Counted from the stretch's first letter, positions 37,179-46,821 are shown. The stretch: 46,821 bases of DNA from Candidatus Staskawiczbacteria bacterium RIFOXYD1_FULL_32_13 (GCA_001820485.1 MHPU01000026.1:17873-64693), one strand, 5' to 3'. A program made the numbers and translations. The notes: generated by a model not told the origin, from the sequence alone.

Positions 37179-38801
37179 ATGAAACAATTTAATGAAAGAA
37201 TAAATTATATTTTGTATGCTCGCAAATCTTCTGAAGAAGATAATCGGCAAATGCTTTCGCTAGATTCACAAGAGGGCGAATTAAAAAAAATTGCTGAAAG
37301 AGATAATTTAGAAATTATTAAAATATTCCGCGAAGCACGCTCGGCAAAAGAGCCATACAATAGACCAATATTTTCTGAAATGGTAAAAATGATTGAAGCA
37401 GGAAAAGCTAACGGGATTTTATGTTGGAAATTAGACAGATTATCTAGAAATGCTGTTGAGGAAGGAATAATCAAACACTTATTACAGAAAAATAAAATCA
37501 AAATCATAAGAACGCCCGACAGAGATTACAGGCCAGAAGATAACGCATTAATAGCTTCTGTTGAGTTTGGCATGGCTAATCAATATATTAGAGATTTAAG
37601 CGTAAATGTTAAAAGAGGACTAATAAGCAAAGCTGAAAGTGGATTATTCCCCAACTTTGCACCACTTGGATATTTGAATAATCCACTTGATCCAAAAGGC
37701 AGAAAACAAATTATAAAAGATCCCGAAAGGTTTGATTTAGTGCGTAAAATGTTTGACCTTGTTTTAAGTGAGTACAGGACACCTGTGGAGGTTTGGCGAA
37801 TAGCACACAATGACTGGAAAATGAAAAATCCAAAAGGTAAATTAATTAGTCGATCAACTACTTACCGAATACTAACCAATACTTTATATTCTGGAATCTT
37901 TGAATTTCCTGTTGGCAGTGGAAATTGGCATAAAGGAAAACATGAGGCAGTTATAACTATTGAAGAATATGACAAAATACAAATTATTCTAGGCAAGAAA
38001 GGAAAACCCCGACCACACAATCATATTTTTGCTTTTACAGGATTAATGAAATGTGGAAGTTGTGGGGCTACAATTACAGCAGAGCAGAAAATAAAAAGGC
38101 AGAAAAATGGAAACATACATCAATATACTTATTATCACTGCACTAAAAAGCTAAACCCTAATTGCATTGAAAAGTATATTGAAGAAAAAATATTAATTAA
38201 ACAAATTGTAAATAAAATTGATAAAATTAGTATAAGCCCAGAATTTCACGCTTGGGGGCTTGATTGGCTTAAAAAAGATATTCTAAAAAATATATCTTTG
38301 AAAAACAAAATAATAAATAGCAGAGAAAAGCAGATTGCAGAAATTGAAAAACAATCGTCAGAATTATTAAATCTTTTACTTAGAAAAATTATCAGCGAGG
38401 AAGATTATCAGAATAAAAAAAGTGAACTAGCAAAGGAAAAGGCAAAACTTGAAATTACGGGAAATAATAATAATGACAAAATACAATTACTATTTGAGAA
38501 AACAGCAGAATATTTTGATCTTGCCAAAGACGCCAAAAATGAATTTCTTAATGGCGACATTAATAAACGAAAATGTATTGTTACCAAACTTGGCTCGAAC
38601 CCCTCAATTTCAGAGAGAATATTCAGTATTTGTATCAAAAAAGCCCTTTTGCCTTTTGAAAACATATCAAAAGAGATAAAGGGTATTTATGACAGGTTAG
38701 AACCTACGAAAATCACTATAAATAGTCGGGAACTAAACAAGCTATATGCAAAAAATCTCATTCTGCGGAGAGGGTGGGATTTGAACCCACGAGCCCCATG
38801 A
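37179..38801 (+). CDS. Large serine recombinase (integrase); its C-terminus reads into tRNA-Ser
   Basis: YARKSS catalytic Ser, DRLSRN, recombinase domain (APLGY), CGSCG..YYHC zinc ribbon, coiled coil. The last residues RRGWDLNPRAP are antisense tRNA. Confidence 0.95.
   Translation: MKQFNERINYILYARKSSEEDNRQMLSLDSQEGELKKIAERDNLEIIKIFREARSAKEPYNRPIFSEMVKMIEAGKANGILCWKLDRLSRNAVEEGIIKHLLQKNKIKIIRTPDRDYRPEDNALIASVEFGMANQYIRDLSVNVKRGLISKAESGLFPNFAPLGYLNNPLDPKGRKQIIKDPERFDLVRKMFDLVLSEYRTPVEVWRIAHNDWKMKNPKGKLISRSTTYRILTNTLYSGIFEFPVGSGNWHKGKHEAVITIEEYDKIQIILGKKGKPRPHNHIFAFTGLMKCGSCGATITAEQKIKRQKNGNIHQYTYYHCTKKLNPNCIEKYIEEKILIKQIVNKIDKISISPEFHAWGLDWLKKDILKNISLKNKIINSREKQIAEIEKQSSELLNLLLRKIISEEDYQNKKSELAKEKAKLEITGNNNNDKIQLLFEKTAEYFDLAKDAKNEFLNGDINKRKCIVTKLGSNPSISERIFSICIKKALLPFENISKEIKGIYDRLEPTKITINSRELNKLYAKNLILRRGWDLNPRAP
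38760..38773 (+). repeat. Right att junction
   Basis: ATTCTGCGGAGAGG, overlapping the tRNA-Ser 3' end. Confidence 0.8.
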
Positions 38802-38851
38802 CAGGGCGCAGGTTAGCAACCTGCTGCTTTGAACCGCTCAGCCACCTCTCC
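38766..38851 (-). tRNA. tRNA-Ser(GCT)
   Basis: GGAGAGG/CCTCTCC acceptor, GCAGG-TTGCTAA-CCTGC anticodon arm, long variable arm, G discriminator. Confidence 0.95.
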
Positions 38852-38952
38852 AAAATTTATTTAATAATGCCTTATTTTTTGCATTTATTCAAGTGGTAAT
38901 ATTTGATTTTAAATATTTTTATGATAGTATAATTATAAGTAATGCATAAACT

Positions 38953-39037
38953 GGAGGAGTCCTATAGCGGCTATTAGAACAGTCTTGAAAACTGTGACCT
39001 CGTAAGGGGTTCGTGGGTTCGAGTCCCACCTCCTCCG
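38953..39037 (+). tRNA. tRNA-Ser(TGA)
   Basis: GGAGGAG/CTCCTCC acceptor, ACAGT-CTTGAAA-ACTGT anticodon arm, long variable arm, GTTCGAG. Confidence 0.95.
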
Positions 39038-39081
39038 CCGTAACTTTTGTTCATTCATCACTTTTGAAAAAGGAGCATTTC

Positions 39082-39375
39082 GTGCCAAGAAAAAGAAGGA
39101 TCACGTATTGGTGTGACTTTCACCAAAAACAAGTTCCCCAGAGAGAAAAATGCAAAAAATGCGATCCTCGCAATTGCTTTTATCTGGTGAAGCTCTCAAG
39201 AAAATACCAGAGAAGCAAAAAGTCAACACGACATCATTGCGGTAAAAGAAACAAAAAACCCAATGAGAACAAATTCTGCGTTCTCGGAGGGAAAATGCAA
39301 TTTCGAATTGGCCACTGGGAAAGGTACCAGCGAAGGGCCTATAAACAAAAACTTAGAATCGATATCCGATTCTAA
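39082..39375 (+). CDS. Small basic Cys/His-rich protein (97 aa)
   Basis: AAGGAG RBS then GTG at 39082; C..H, C..C, C motifs; hairpin at 39393-39418 after the stop. Confidence 0.5.
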   Translation: MPRKRRITYWCDFHQKQVPQREKCKKCDPRNCFYLVKLSRKYQRSKKSTRHHCGKRNKKPNENKFCVLGGKMQFRIGHWERYQRRAYKQKLRIDIRF

Positions 39376-39446
39376 CACATGTAAAAACCAAGAGGGCGGC
39401 TCAATCTGGAGTCGCCCTAAATCATTTATTTTTTATAAAAAATTAA

Positions 39447-40799
39447 CTAACTTCTCTCCCCCAAAACAACTTCTATAAAAATTTCTTTACCATCACGAAA
39501 AATTTTTAAATTTATTTTATCATTTGGATTATATTTTTGAATAATTTTTGACATTGAATTTTCTTGCGTAATTTTTTCACTATTAATCTCCAAAATTAGA
39601 TCATTTTCTTTAAGCCCAGCTTTTTCTGCTGAAGAGCCAGCAGTAATTGCTACTTCACCTTTTTCTCCTTTTAAAACCAATGCACCATAATCATAAGATA
39701 ATTTATATTTTTCTTTTATTTGTTCATTAACTAAAGAATATCTTACGCCCAAAAATGGATAAGTAATCTTATTTGTAGCTATTACTTGAGCAATATCTTT
39801 TTTAGCTCTGTTTATTGGAATTGCAAAACCAATACTATTTGCACCCTGAGCCATTGCAGTATTTACACCAATCACTTCTCCTTTTAAATTAAGTAAAGGT
39901 CCTCCGGAATTTCCCGAATTAATAGCTGCATCTGTTTGAATAATATCTTCTAAAACTTCTGAAAATCCACTTGAACCAAAAGCAGAAATTGTTCGACTCA
40001 AACCAGAAACAATTCCCACAGAAACAGTATTTCTAAATTCACCCAAAGCATTTCCAATAGCTATAGCTCCCTGACCAATTTGAATTCCAGCAGAATCTCC
40101 TAACTTAATAGCTGGAAATTTTTCTCCATTCTGAGAAGTAATTTTAACAATTGCTAAATCTTGGACTGGATCCAAAGCTAAAACCTTAGCAATATATTTT
40201 TTACCATCATTTGTTAAAACAGTATATTCTGCATCTTTATCTATAACAACATGTTTATTTGTTAAAACTAAACCATCATCTGAAACAATAAATCCCGATC
40301 CCCCACCAATTTCCTTTTTCTCTGTTCCTTTTTGTTTGTATTGTGGGATCTGAATATCAAAGCCAGGACCAAAATCAAAAAATGGAGAATCAAATTCTTC
40401 AAATGGATCTGTAAAATATTGTTCATAAACAGGCATATTTTTAGATATTATAATACTAACTACAGAAGGTGAAGTTTGCTTAACTGCATCAATAATTGCT
40501 TGTTCATAAGAAATTGGCGAAACATAAAAAGTTGCTTGTTTCTGGACCAACTCTTGTTTTTGAGCTAAATTTTCATTTTTTATTTTCTGTAATTGGTTTT
40601 CTATTGGTGCTAAAAAACTTTTTATTTGACTGTCAAAATATTTTGGAAAATATGCTTGTACTAAAAAACCCATTGCAATAATTACAACTATAGCTAAAAA
40701 AACGCCCCAAATTACTCTGTTTTGCAGAACTTTTATAAATTTATTTATAATTTCTTTTATTTCTTTTAAATTGACTTGTGGTTGATCATAAATATTCAT
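39447..40799 (-). CDS. htrA: HtrA/DegP-family serine protease with PDZ domain
   Basis: GSGFI, TNKHVV, DLA, QTDAAINSGNSGGPL, PDZ domain; N-terminal TM. Confidence 0.93.
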   Translation of the reverse strand: MNIYDQPQVNLKEIKEIINKFIKVLQNRVIWGVFLAIVVIIAMGFLVQAYFPKYFDSQIKSFLAPIENQLQKIKNENLAQKQELVQKQATFYVSPISYEQAIIDAVKQTSPSVVSIIISKNMPVYEQYFTDPFEEFDSPFFDFGPGFDIQIPQYKQKGTEKKEIGGGSGFIVSDDGLVLTNKHVVIDKDAEYTVLTNDGKKYIAKVLALDPVQDLAIVKITSQNGEKFPAIKLGDSAGIQIGQGAIAIGNALGEFRNTVSVGIVSGLSRTISAFGSSGFSEVLEDIIQTDAAINSGNSGGPLLNLKGEVIGVNTAMAQGANSIGFAIPINRAKKDIAQVIATNKITYPFLGVRYSLVNEQIKEKYKLSYDYGALVLKGEKGEVAITAGSSAEKAGLKENDLILEINSEKITQENSMSKIIQKYNPNDKINLKIFRDGKEIFIEVVLGERS

Positions 40800-40915
40800 A
40801 GAAAATAAAAAACAAAATACAAAAACTAAAATGCAAAATTTATCAATCTTGAATTTTAAAATTTATATTCTGAATCAATTTAAAATATTACGATATCTAT
40901 TAGAATATTTTTTTA

Positions 40916-42289
40916 TTAAATATTTTCTAAAATTTCTGCCATTGCAGAATTTGCTAAATCTTTTCTTTTTATAATTCTTGGATCTGAAGTTTGATTGTCC
41001 TGTCTATCGTCTACAAATTCTCTTGCAAGACCCAAAGCATTCATATTCAGCAAAGAATGTGTTCCACCAACAACTTCATTAAGTTCTGGTATTGTGGCGT
41101 CTGGATTATCAGCTTGCTTTAATTTTGCGATATCCCTCATAACTTTTTCTGTTAAAGGAAGGTTTGTAACAGTACTTGATCTACCGACCCACCACTGAAA
41201 ATTACCACCAACTTCTATTTTACTTAACTGCTCTGCAGTAAACTGCTTTTCTGCTAATATTTTTACAGTTTCCCATGCTAATTTTTTGCCTTCATCTGTA
41301 TTTTCTGCTTTATTAGTTTCACCACCCTGTCTTAAAACCTTTATTCCAGCTTCAGGAGAAGTCATTACTTTTGTAAGTGCATCAACTCCAAAATCCTTTG
41401 CCAAGCCCACAAGTCCTTTTTCGTCCAATCCCAATGGTTCTATTACTATTAAATCATTCAACGAGCCTTCAAATTCTGAATCTTTTGATATATCAATTGC
41501 AGCTTCAAGAGCAATACCAGCTCCAGCTGAATACCCCATAAGATTAAAACTTTTCTCCAAACCAAGTTGTTTTATCAGTTCCTTAGTTATTCTTGCATGT
41601 GGCTCAAAATTACCATTTTTGCTTAAAATCTCTGCTAAATTTTCTGGTTTTTTAACTTGTTCTTGCTCTAAGTGCATTGGTACATAAATTTTTTGTCCAG
41701 CCAAAGCCATAGACATTGCTGCACATCCATTCATTTGAGCGTTTGATCTTATACCACCCCAAAAAACATAAGGCACTCTGTCGTCTTTTTCAGATTCCTT
41801 GCCCACTGGATCTTGCTCATATTCTGATTTTTTTCTTAAATCTAAAACAGTAACTGGAATAGAAAATTTACCATCTTCTGTCTCTACCTCAACTACCTCT
41901 ACATTTTCTTGCATTTGTTTTTCCAGCTCATCAAGATTTCTTTCCATTTGTTTTGCCCTACTGCGAATTTCTTTTAATAATTCTTTTTTACTGGTTGTGT
42001 TTTCTCCTCTTTTTTCAGCATCTTTTATTTCTTTTCTTAAAATTCTATAAGCTTTAAATATTTGTCCTCTTTCAAAACGAGTAGATTCACCTCTTTCTGC
42101 ACCTCCAGCACTTTTTCTATTTTCCAAATGTTCTTTTGTAGGTTTTTTAGTTTGATATTCAGCAACTAGTTTTTCTCCAAGCGACTTACGCAAAAAAACT
42201 TGCTCTAACTCCTGAGCCTCTTTTTGCCTTTGCAAAATTTCCTCCTCTGACTCTATATCTCGATCCCCAAAACCACTTTCTATGCTCAT
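40916..42289 (-). CDS. Alpha/beta-hydrolase-fold protein with charged coiled-coil N-terminus
   Basis: GYSAG nucleophile elbow and GGTH near the C-terminus. Confidence 0.6.
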   Translation of the reverse strand: MSIESGFGDRDIESEEEILQRQKEAQELEQVFLRKSLGEKLVAEYQTKKPTKEHLENRKSAGGAERGESTRFERGQIFKAYRILRKEIKDAEKRGENTTSKKELLKEIRSRAKQMERNLDELEKQMQENVEVVEVETEDGKFSIPVTVLDLRKKSEYEQDPVGKESEKDDRVPYVFWGGIRSNAQMNGCAAMSMALAGQKIYVPMHLEQEQVKKPENLAEILSKNGNFEPHARITKELIKQLGLEKSFNLMGYSAGAGIALEAAIDISKDSEFEGSLNDLIVIEPLGLDEKGLVGLAKDFGVDALTKVMTSPEAGIKVLRQGGETNKAENTDEGKKLAWETVKILAEKQFTAEQLSKIEVGGNFQWWVGRSSTVTNLPLTEKVMRDIAKLKQADNPDATIPELNEVVGGTHSLLNMNALGLAREFVDDRQDNQTSDPRIIKRKDLANSAMAEILENI

Positions 42290-42313
42290 ATTTTAAAAAT
42301 AATTAATAATATT

Positions 42314-43348
42314 TTATTTAAATAAGGTTTTGGCTTCGTTCCATATTTCTGGCCTATCTTGAGTTTCGCGCATCCAATACCACCACTCTACTCCCCACAA
42401 ATAATGAGAGCTTAAACCAGAATTTTTGGCATATTCAATATTTTTTTTAAATTGTTCTAAATTCATAGTTTTTTCTTGCTCTGCAATGTCTACATCATAA
42501 AATGGCTTATGCGCCCAAGGCTCTGCTTGTAATTCAACCCCAATAACTTCTTTGCCAAATAAAGTTTTTATAATTTGAGCTTTTCTATAGTAAAATACTG
42601 GAGGAAATGGATAAGAACTATAAAATCCTGGGTTTTTTATAGGAAAGCCAAAGCTTGAAATATTTACCCAAGCTTTTCTATACATTGTTGTACCTACAAC
42701 ATCACCAATTTTCCCTGCATTAATCCACCAATTTAATTCACCTGAATCAGAAATCATAATTTGTCTTGAAGAGTCAAGTGATTTTACCAATTCCACTTCT
42801 TTTTTTAATAATTCTTTATCATTATAATACCAATTTGGACATTCTCCAAATTTAAGCAATGGCTCATTCTCTACTTGCCAATAAGATATTGCTTTTGAAT
42901 TTTTATATCGCAAAACAACTTCTTTTATATATTTTAGCAATTCTTCCTTCTGTTTTTCTATAGACAAATTGCTCGCCCATTTTGGATCATGACATTCTGG
43001 CCATCTACCAGTTTTCATTCCTAAAACAAAAATAATTTTAACATTATTTTCTTCTGCTGTCTCTATTTGCCAATCAATGTCATCAAAGAAATATTCCCCT
43101 TGTTTCCCTTCAACAAAATCCCATTGAGTGTGAATTTTAATATTTTTTACGCCCAAGTCTTTTATTAAAGCTAAATAATTTTCTTGCCAATTAAGTTTTA
43201 ATGCCTCAGACTGCATTTGTGAAAAATCAACTCCCCAAGTAATATTATTTTGCCTTGGCGCAGAACCAACAAAAAAATAACAAAAAACAACCAAAACAAT
43301 AACAACGATTACACCTAAAATTATTATAATCATTTTTTTAATTTTCAT
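42314..43348 (-). CDS. Membrane-anchored clan GH-A glycoside hydrolase
   Basis: W..VE...G.Y.F, WQVENEP acid/base and ELQAEPW nucleophile motifs. Confidence 0.78.
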   Translation of the reverse strand: MKIKKMIIIILGVIVVIVLVVFCYFFVGSAPRQNNITWGVDFSQMQSEALKLNWQENYLALIKDLGVKNIKIHTQWDFVEGKQGEYFFDDIDWQIETAEENNVKIIFVLGMKTGRWPECHDPKWASNLSIEKQKEELLKYIKEVVLRYKNSKAISYWQVENEPLLKFGECPNWYYNDKELLKKEVELVKSLDSSRQIMISDSGELNWWINAGKIGDVVGTTMYRKAWVNISSFGFPIKNPGFYSSYPFPPVFYYRKAQIIKTLFGKEVIGVELQAEPWAHKPFYDVDIAEQEKTMNLEQFKKNIEYAKNSGLSSHYLWGVEWWYWMRETQDRPEIWNEAKTLFK

Positions 43349-44370
43349 TTTAATTTAACTAAATTTTTAATAAAATACTCTGATGATTTTTCCCATGAAA
43401 AGTTTAAAGCATACTCTCTACATTTTGTACAATCTATTTCAAGACATTCCATAGATGCTTTTTTTAAATCTTTATCTAATACTCCAATATCTTTTGTAAC
43501 TAAAACATCTAAATCCATAACATTATGCCCTGCGACAGGAAGAGAGCAGGCAAGAGCTTCCACAATAGCTAGGGGAAATACATCAGTCAAAGAAGGAAAT
43601 ACAAAAACATCACAAACAGACAGAAAATCAACTAATTCCTGTCCCATTTTATATCCAACGAAAATGTTTATTTCGCCATATCTTTTCTCTAAATTTTTCC
43701 TAATTGGACCATCACCAATAACTAATTTTGTACCAGGTAAATCCAACCTTAAAAACTCCTCAACATTTTTTTCTTTTGCAATTCTACCAAAATATACAAA
43801 AATTGGCGAGGCAAAATTATATCTTTCTTTTATGTCTGAATTAATATTTTTTACAAATAAATCTGTATCAACTCCAAGTGGCCACAAAAATACATTCTTA
43901 AAACCCCTATTTTCAAAATTTTTCTTTAAATTTTCAGTGATTGCCATAACTGCATTACTTTTGTTGTGAAACCAACGTAAATATATAAAAATTAAATCAG
44001 AAAAAATTTTGATATTTACTCTTAAATAATGTTTAATATAAATTTGAAAATTAGTATGTTGAGAAGTAGTAAACTTTAATTTGTTTTTTAAGCATACAGA
44101 TCTAGTTGCTAGACCAATTGATCCTTCAGTAAAAATATGAATATAATCAGGATTCTCAATTTCAATTATTTTTTTTATTTTACTTTTGCAAAAAAGAGAA
44201 ATTTTAATTTCTGGATAAAATGGAGTAGGCATAGAAAAATATAATCCAGGATGTAATACAACAACTTCAAATCCCCTTTTTTCAAGATGCTCCTTCATTT
44301 TTTCAACACATTTTACAACGCCATTAACTTGCGGAAACCACGCATCTGTAGCTAAAATAATCTTAGACAT
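43345..44370 (-). CDS. GT4 glycosyltransferase
   Basis: TDAWFPQVNGV, GRIAKEKN, FPSLTDVFP...EALA. Confidence 0.9.
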   Translation of the reverse strand: MSKIILATDAWFPQVNGVVKCVEKMKEHLEKRGFEVVVLHPGLYFSMPTPFYPEIKISLFCKSKIKKIIEIENPDYIHIFTEGSIGLATRSVCLKNKLKFTTSQHTNFQIYIKHYLRVNIKIFSDLIFIYLRWFHNKSNAVMAITENLKKNFENRGFKNVFLWPLGVDTDLFVKNINSDIKERYNFASPIFVYFGRIAKEKNVEEFLRLDLPGTKLVIGDGPIRKNLEKRYGEINIFVGYKMGQELVDFLSVCDVFVFPSLTDVFPLAIVEALACSLPVAGHNVMDLDVLVTKDIGVLDKDLKKASMECLEIDCTKCREYALNFSWEKSSEYFIKNLVKLK

Positions 44371-44395
44371 TTTTATATTTTAAATATTTATATTT

Positions 44396-45322
44396 TTAAA
44401 TTTTTTTCTTAAACCAGTTTATAGTTTTTGCCAAACCACTTTTAAAATCATATTTTGGTTGCCAACTAAAAGTAGTTTTTATTTTAGAGAAATCCAAACA
44501 GCTTCTTTGAAGCTCGCCAATATTTTCCGGACCATGAATTTCTTTACATTCAGAATTTGTTGATTTTTTAATTTCTGAAAAAATAAAATTTACATCTGTT
44601 TCTACTCCGGTTCCTACATTAAAAATTCCTGTTTTGCTACTTTCCATTGCCATCTTGCAAGCCAAAACAACATCATCTACAAAAACATAATCTCTGGTTT
44701 GTCCTCCAGAGCCGTTAATAACCACTTCCTTTTTTGCTAGCATCTTATCAGTAAAAATTGCCACAACACCAGCTTCTCCTTTTGGATTTTGCCTTGGTCC
44801 GTAAACATTAGCCAATCTTAAAACCACAAAATTTAAACCAAAAGATTTAAAATAATAATTCAAATACTTTTCCACAGATAATTTAGCAATTCCATATGGA
44901 GATTCAGGAATTTCAGGCGAATTTTCAGAAGTTGGTATAATTTTAGCATCTCCATAAATTGTTCCACCAGATGAAGAAAATATAACTTTTTTAACATTGA
45001 AATTTCTGCAATTCTCTAAAATATTCAAACTTCCCAAAATATTTGTTTTAGCATCAGCAATTGGGTCTTTAACAGAGTCTCTTACATTTATTTGAGCAGC
45101 TAAATGGAAAACAATATCTATATTTTCTTTCGCAAAAACTTTAACAATTTTTGCATCACAAATATCCATCTTATAAAACTTAATCCTTTTATCCAAATTC
45201 TTTTTACTACCAGATGACAAATTATCAATCACAATCACATTATGACTTAATTCCAATAATTTATCTGCCAAATTACTTCCAATAAAACCTGCTCCACCTG
45301 TAATTAAAATATTTTGCTTCAT
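44396..45322 (-). CDS. NAD-dependent epimerase (UDP-glucose 4-epimerase-like)
   Basis: TGGAGFIG, YGIAK, NVYGPRQ, TRDYVFV. Confidence 0.9.
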   Translation of the reverse strand: MKQNILITGGAGFIGSNLADKLLELSHNVIVIDNLSSGSKKNLDKRIKFYKMDICDAKIVKVFAKENIDIVFHLAAQINVRDSVKDPIADAKTNILGSLNILENCRNFNVKKVIFSSSGGTIYGDAKIIPTSENSPEIPESPYGIAKLSVEKYLNYYFKSFGLNFVVLRLANVYGPRQNPKGEAGVVAIFTDKMLAKKEVVINGSGGQTRDYVFVDDVVLACKMAMESSKTGIFNVGTGVETDVNFIFSEIKKSTNSECKEIHGPENIGELQRSCLDFSKIKTTFSWQPKYDFKSGLAKTINWFKKKI

Positions 45323-45323
45323 A

Positions 45324-46670
45324 TTATTTACTAGTTTTTAGTTTATTTTTTCCTGTAATTATATTTTCTATGTTAAAAACCCCTTTTTTTTCTATTTCCA
45401 CAAAACCTTGCATTGCCATTTCTGCAAAATCACCGGCATTTAACAAATCAAATAACCATTCTGCTGTATATTTTGGATTTTCTTGCGCAGTTCCAGCTCC
45501 AATATGCAAAAGCCATTTTTTATTGAAGTCTTCTTGTGATCCTATTGTTGGAGCAATAATAATTGGAATTCCAAAACCAGCATAAAAAGACAACTCAGAA
45601 GGTTTTGTCCATAAAATATCTGTTTTTCTTAAAGCTAAATTAAATTTTTTAAAATATTCAATAATATTCTCTGCTGATAAAATCTGGACAAAGCCATCTA
45701 ATTTTAATCCCGCCACTTCATTTTCATAATATTTTTTTAATTCTTTTCTAATGCCAACAGAAATAATAATTTTTATTTCTTTTGCTTTAATTTTTTCTTT
45801 TAAACTATTAATTGCTTGAAGTCCTATTTCTTTCTGAGCCCCTGCTCCACCAACAGAAAATAAAATAGTTAATGGATGGTCTGATTTTTCAGGAAGTTTT
45901 CCCAAAAAATCTTTAATTAAAGGAGCATATATTTTTCTGTATTTACCCATTGGATCTAAATTTAAAAGACGAAAGGCCATGTCCGTTTTTACAATTTCTA
46001 ATTTTTCTGTGCCTAAATTTTCTTTTGGTAATGGATAACCAGATAAAAAAATATTTTCGGACTTTACCCCATAAAGTTTTAATCTGTCTCTTACCCAAGT
46101 ACAAGGTGCAAAATATTTAATTCTACTCATTTCAGGATTTAAAGGCACCCAAGCTCTGTTTGCATCTGCATCACAAACAACACAATAAATATCTTCCAAA
46201 TAATTAAAAGACTCTGCCATAAAAGCTGGTGTGAAAAAAGTTGAAACTATTGGTAAAGGATCTTGCTGAAATCTTTTTATCAAATCCTTGCCCCATCCCC
46301 TACTGATAAGATAAAAGTTGCTTTTTACTCCAAAACTTGGACCTGACAAATCTCTTTTTGGATAATAATTTAATATTTTTTGAAATTTGTCCAAAAATCC
46401 AAAAATAAATTCTCCAATAAAAGGAATTTTTTTAAATCTTGAAATAAACTCATAAATGATTCTGGTTCTTTGCCAAATATTTCTATCTTTTTTGGGAATA
46501 CCTTCGTAATGATTAGCATTTATAACTCTTTCATTTGGAGCTAAATCTCTTAAAGGAAAAGCTGTTCTTTGATGTCCATAGCCCATATCAGCTGACACAA
46601 TCCAAGCTTTTGAACCTATTTTATTTATTTTTTGTTCTTTTATTTTTTGTTCTTTTATTTTTTTTATCAT
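45324..46670 (-). CDS. GT-B-fold protein (MGDG-synthase/GT28-like)
   Basis: MGYGHQR N-terminal motif; TKPSE and G.QE..N C-domain motifs. Confidence 0.6.
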   Translation of the reverse strand: MIKKIKEQKIKEQKINKIGSKAWIVSADMGYGHQRTAFPLRDLAPNERVINANHYEGIPKKDRNIWQRTRIIYEFISRFKKIPFIGEFIFGFLDKFQKILNYYPKRDLSGPSFGVKSNFYLISRGWGKDLIKRFQQDPLPIVSTFFTPAFMAESFNYLEDIYCVVCDADANRAWVPLNPEMSRIKYFAPCTWVRDRLKLYGVKSENIFLSGYPLPKENLGTEKLEIVKTDMAFRLLNLDPMGKYRKIYAPLIKDFLGKLPEKSDHPLTILFSVGGAGAQKEIGLQAINSLKEKIKAKEIKIIISVGIRKELKKYYENEVAGLKLDGFVQILSAENIIEYFKKFNLALRKTDILWTKPSELSFYAGFGIPIIIAPTIGSQEDFNKKWLLHIGAGTAQENPKYTAEWLFDLLNAGDFAEMAMQGFVEIEKKGVFNIENIITGKNKLKTSK

Positions 46671-46714
46671 ACCTTATTATACTATTTTTTTTAATTTTTT
46701 GTAATACCTAAATA

Positions 46715-46821
46715 CTAATAACTCCAGCTTAAGTCGCCTTTATCAGTAGTGATTTTTAAAATCTTTAAACCTTTTTCAATTTTTAAAATTCTAATTAAAA
46801 TGTCTTTACCTGTTATTTTTG
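46715..46821 (-). CDS. 3' end of a CDS entering from the right edge
   Basis: Open frame KITGKDILIRILKIEKGLKILKITTDKGDLSWSY*. Confidence 0.4.
   Translation of the reverse strand, partial: KITGKDILIRILKIEKGLKILKITTDKGDLSWSY

Larger units (their letters stand above)
30997..38773. mobile_element. ~7.8-kb integrative element (serine integrase, no capsid or relaxase genes) at the 3' end of tRNA-Ser(GCT)
   Basis: Direct repeats ATTCTGCG(T/G)AGAGG at 30997-31010 and 38760-38773; large serine recombinase; rep-like, SpoVG, AbrB and TIR genes. Confidence 0.85.

Noticed and set aside
39013..39081. ORF-track start of the 120-aa ORF
   Set aside because: It begins inside tRNA-Ser(TGA); the SD-led GTG at 39082 is more plausible.
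913..45585. Numerous short antisense or out-of-frame ORFs in the track (e.g. 913-1188, 3595-3873, 15858-16316, 18013-18354, 37205-37507, 41286-41687)
   Set aside because: They are shadows of well-supported genes and show no recognisable motifs.
46625..46665. 15-bp tandem duplication encoding KIKEQ-KIKEQ
   Set aside because: Simple slippage in a low-complexity N-terminus; nothing supports a function.
1..46821. Alternative genetic code (UGA=Gly, as in Gracilibacteria/Absconditabacteria)
   Set aside because: Conserved genes are full length under code 11, and TGA acts as a stop (e.g. 22365, 35669).

Overview
This is a very AT-rich bacterial chromosomal segment using genetic code 11, with short AT-rich gene leaders. 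Gene content and style suggest Patescibacteria/CPR, Parcubacteria-like (inference). From left to right it carries: a nucleotide-salvage run (tmk, NMP-kinase-like, HAD, NUDIX-like, dCMP deaminase) after dnaX; gtrA-like, RNase H, rodA, an HTH regulator and ligA; a type IV pilus cluster with no secretin in the window; two paralogous ~560-aa Cys-rich proteins around comF and a carbonic anhydrase-like gene; ferric-reductase-like and D-2-hydroxyacid dehydrogenase genes; a ~7.8-kb integrated element (30997-38773); tRNAs, htrA and glycan genes. Main observations: (1) The element sits between tRNA-Ser(GCT) and tRNA-Arg(GCG). Its att site lies inside the 3' end of its serine integrase, so the integrated and excised forms encode different integrase C-termini. 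(2) It contains a ~950-bp non-coding block of ~220-bp inverted repeats enclosing a multi-hairpin core. (3) It has two leader RNAs with the same crossed pairing and a TIR + membrane-protein candidate defence operon. (4) Outside it are two orphan promoter-to-terminator structured sRNAs, one converging on a Cys-rich protein/putative RNase pair. (5) There are several in-frame palindromic insertions in core genes and small genes missed or mis-started by the ORF track. All calls come from reading the sequence; no searches were run.
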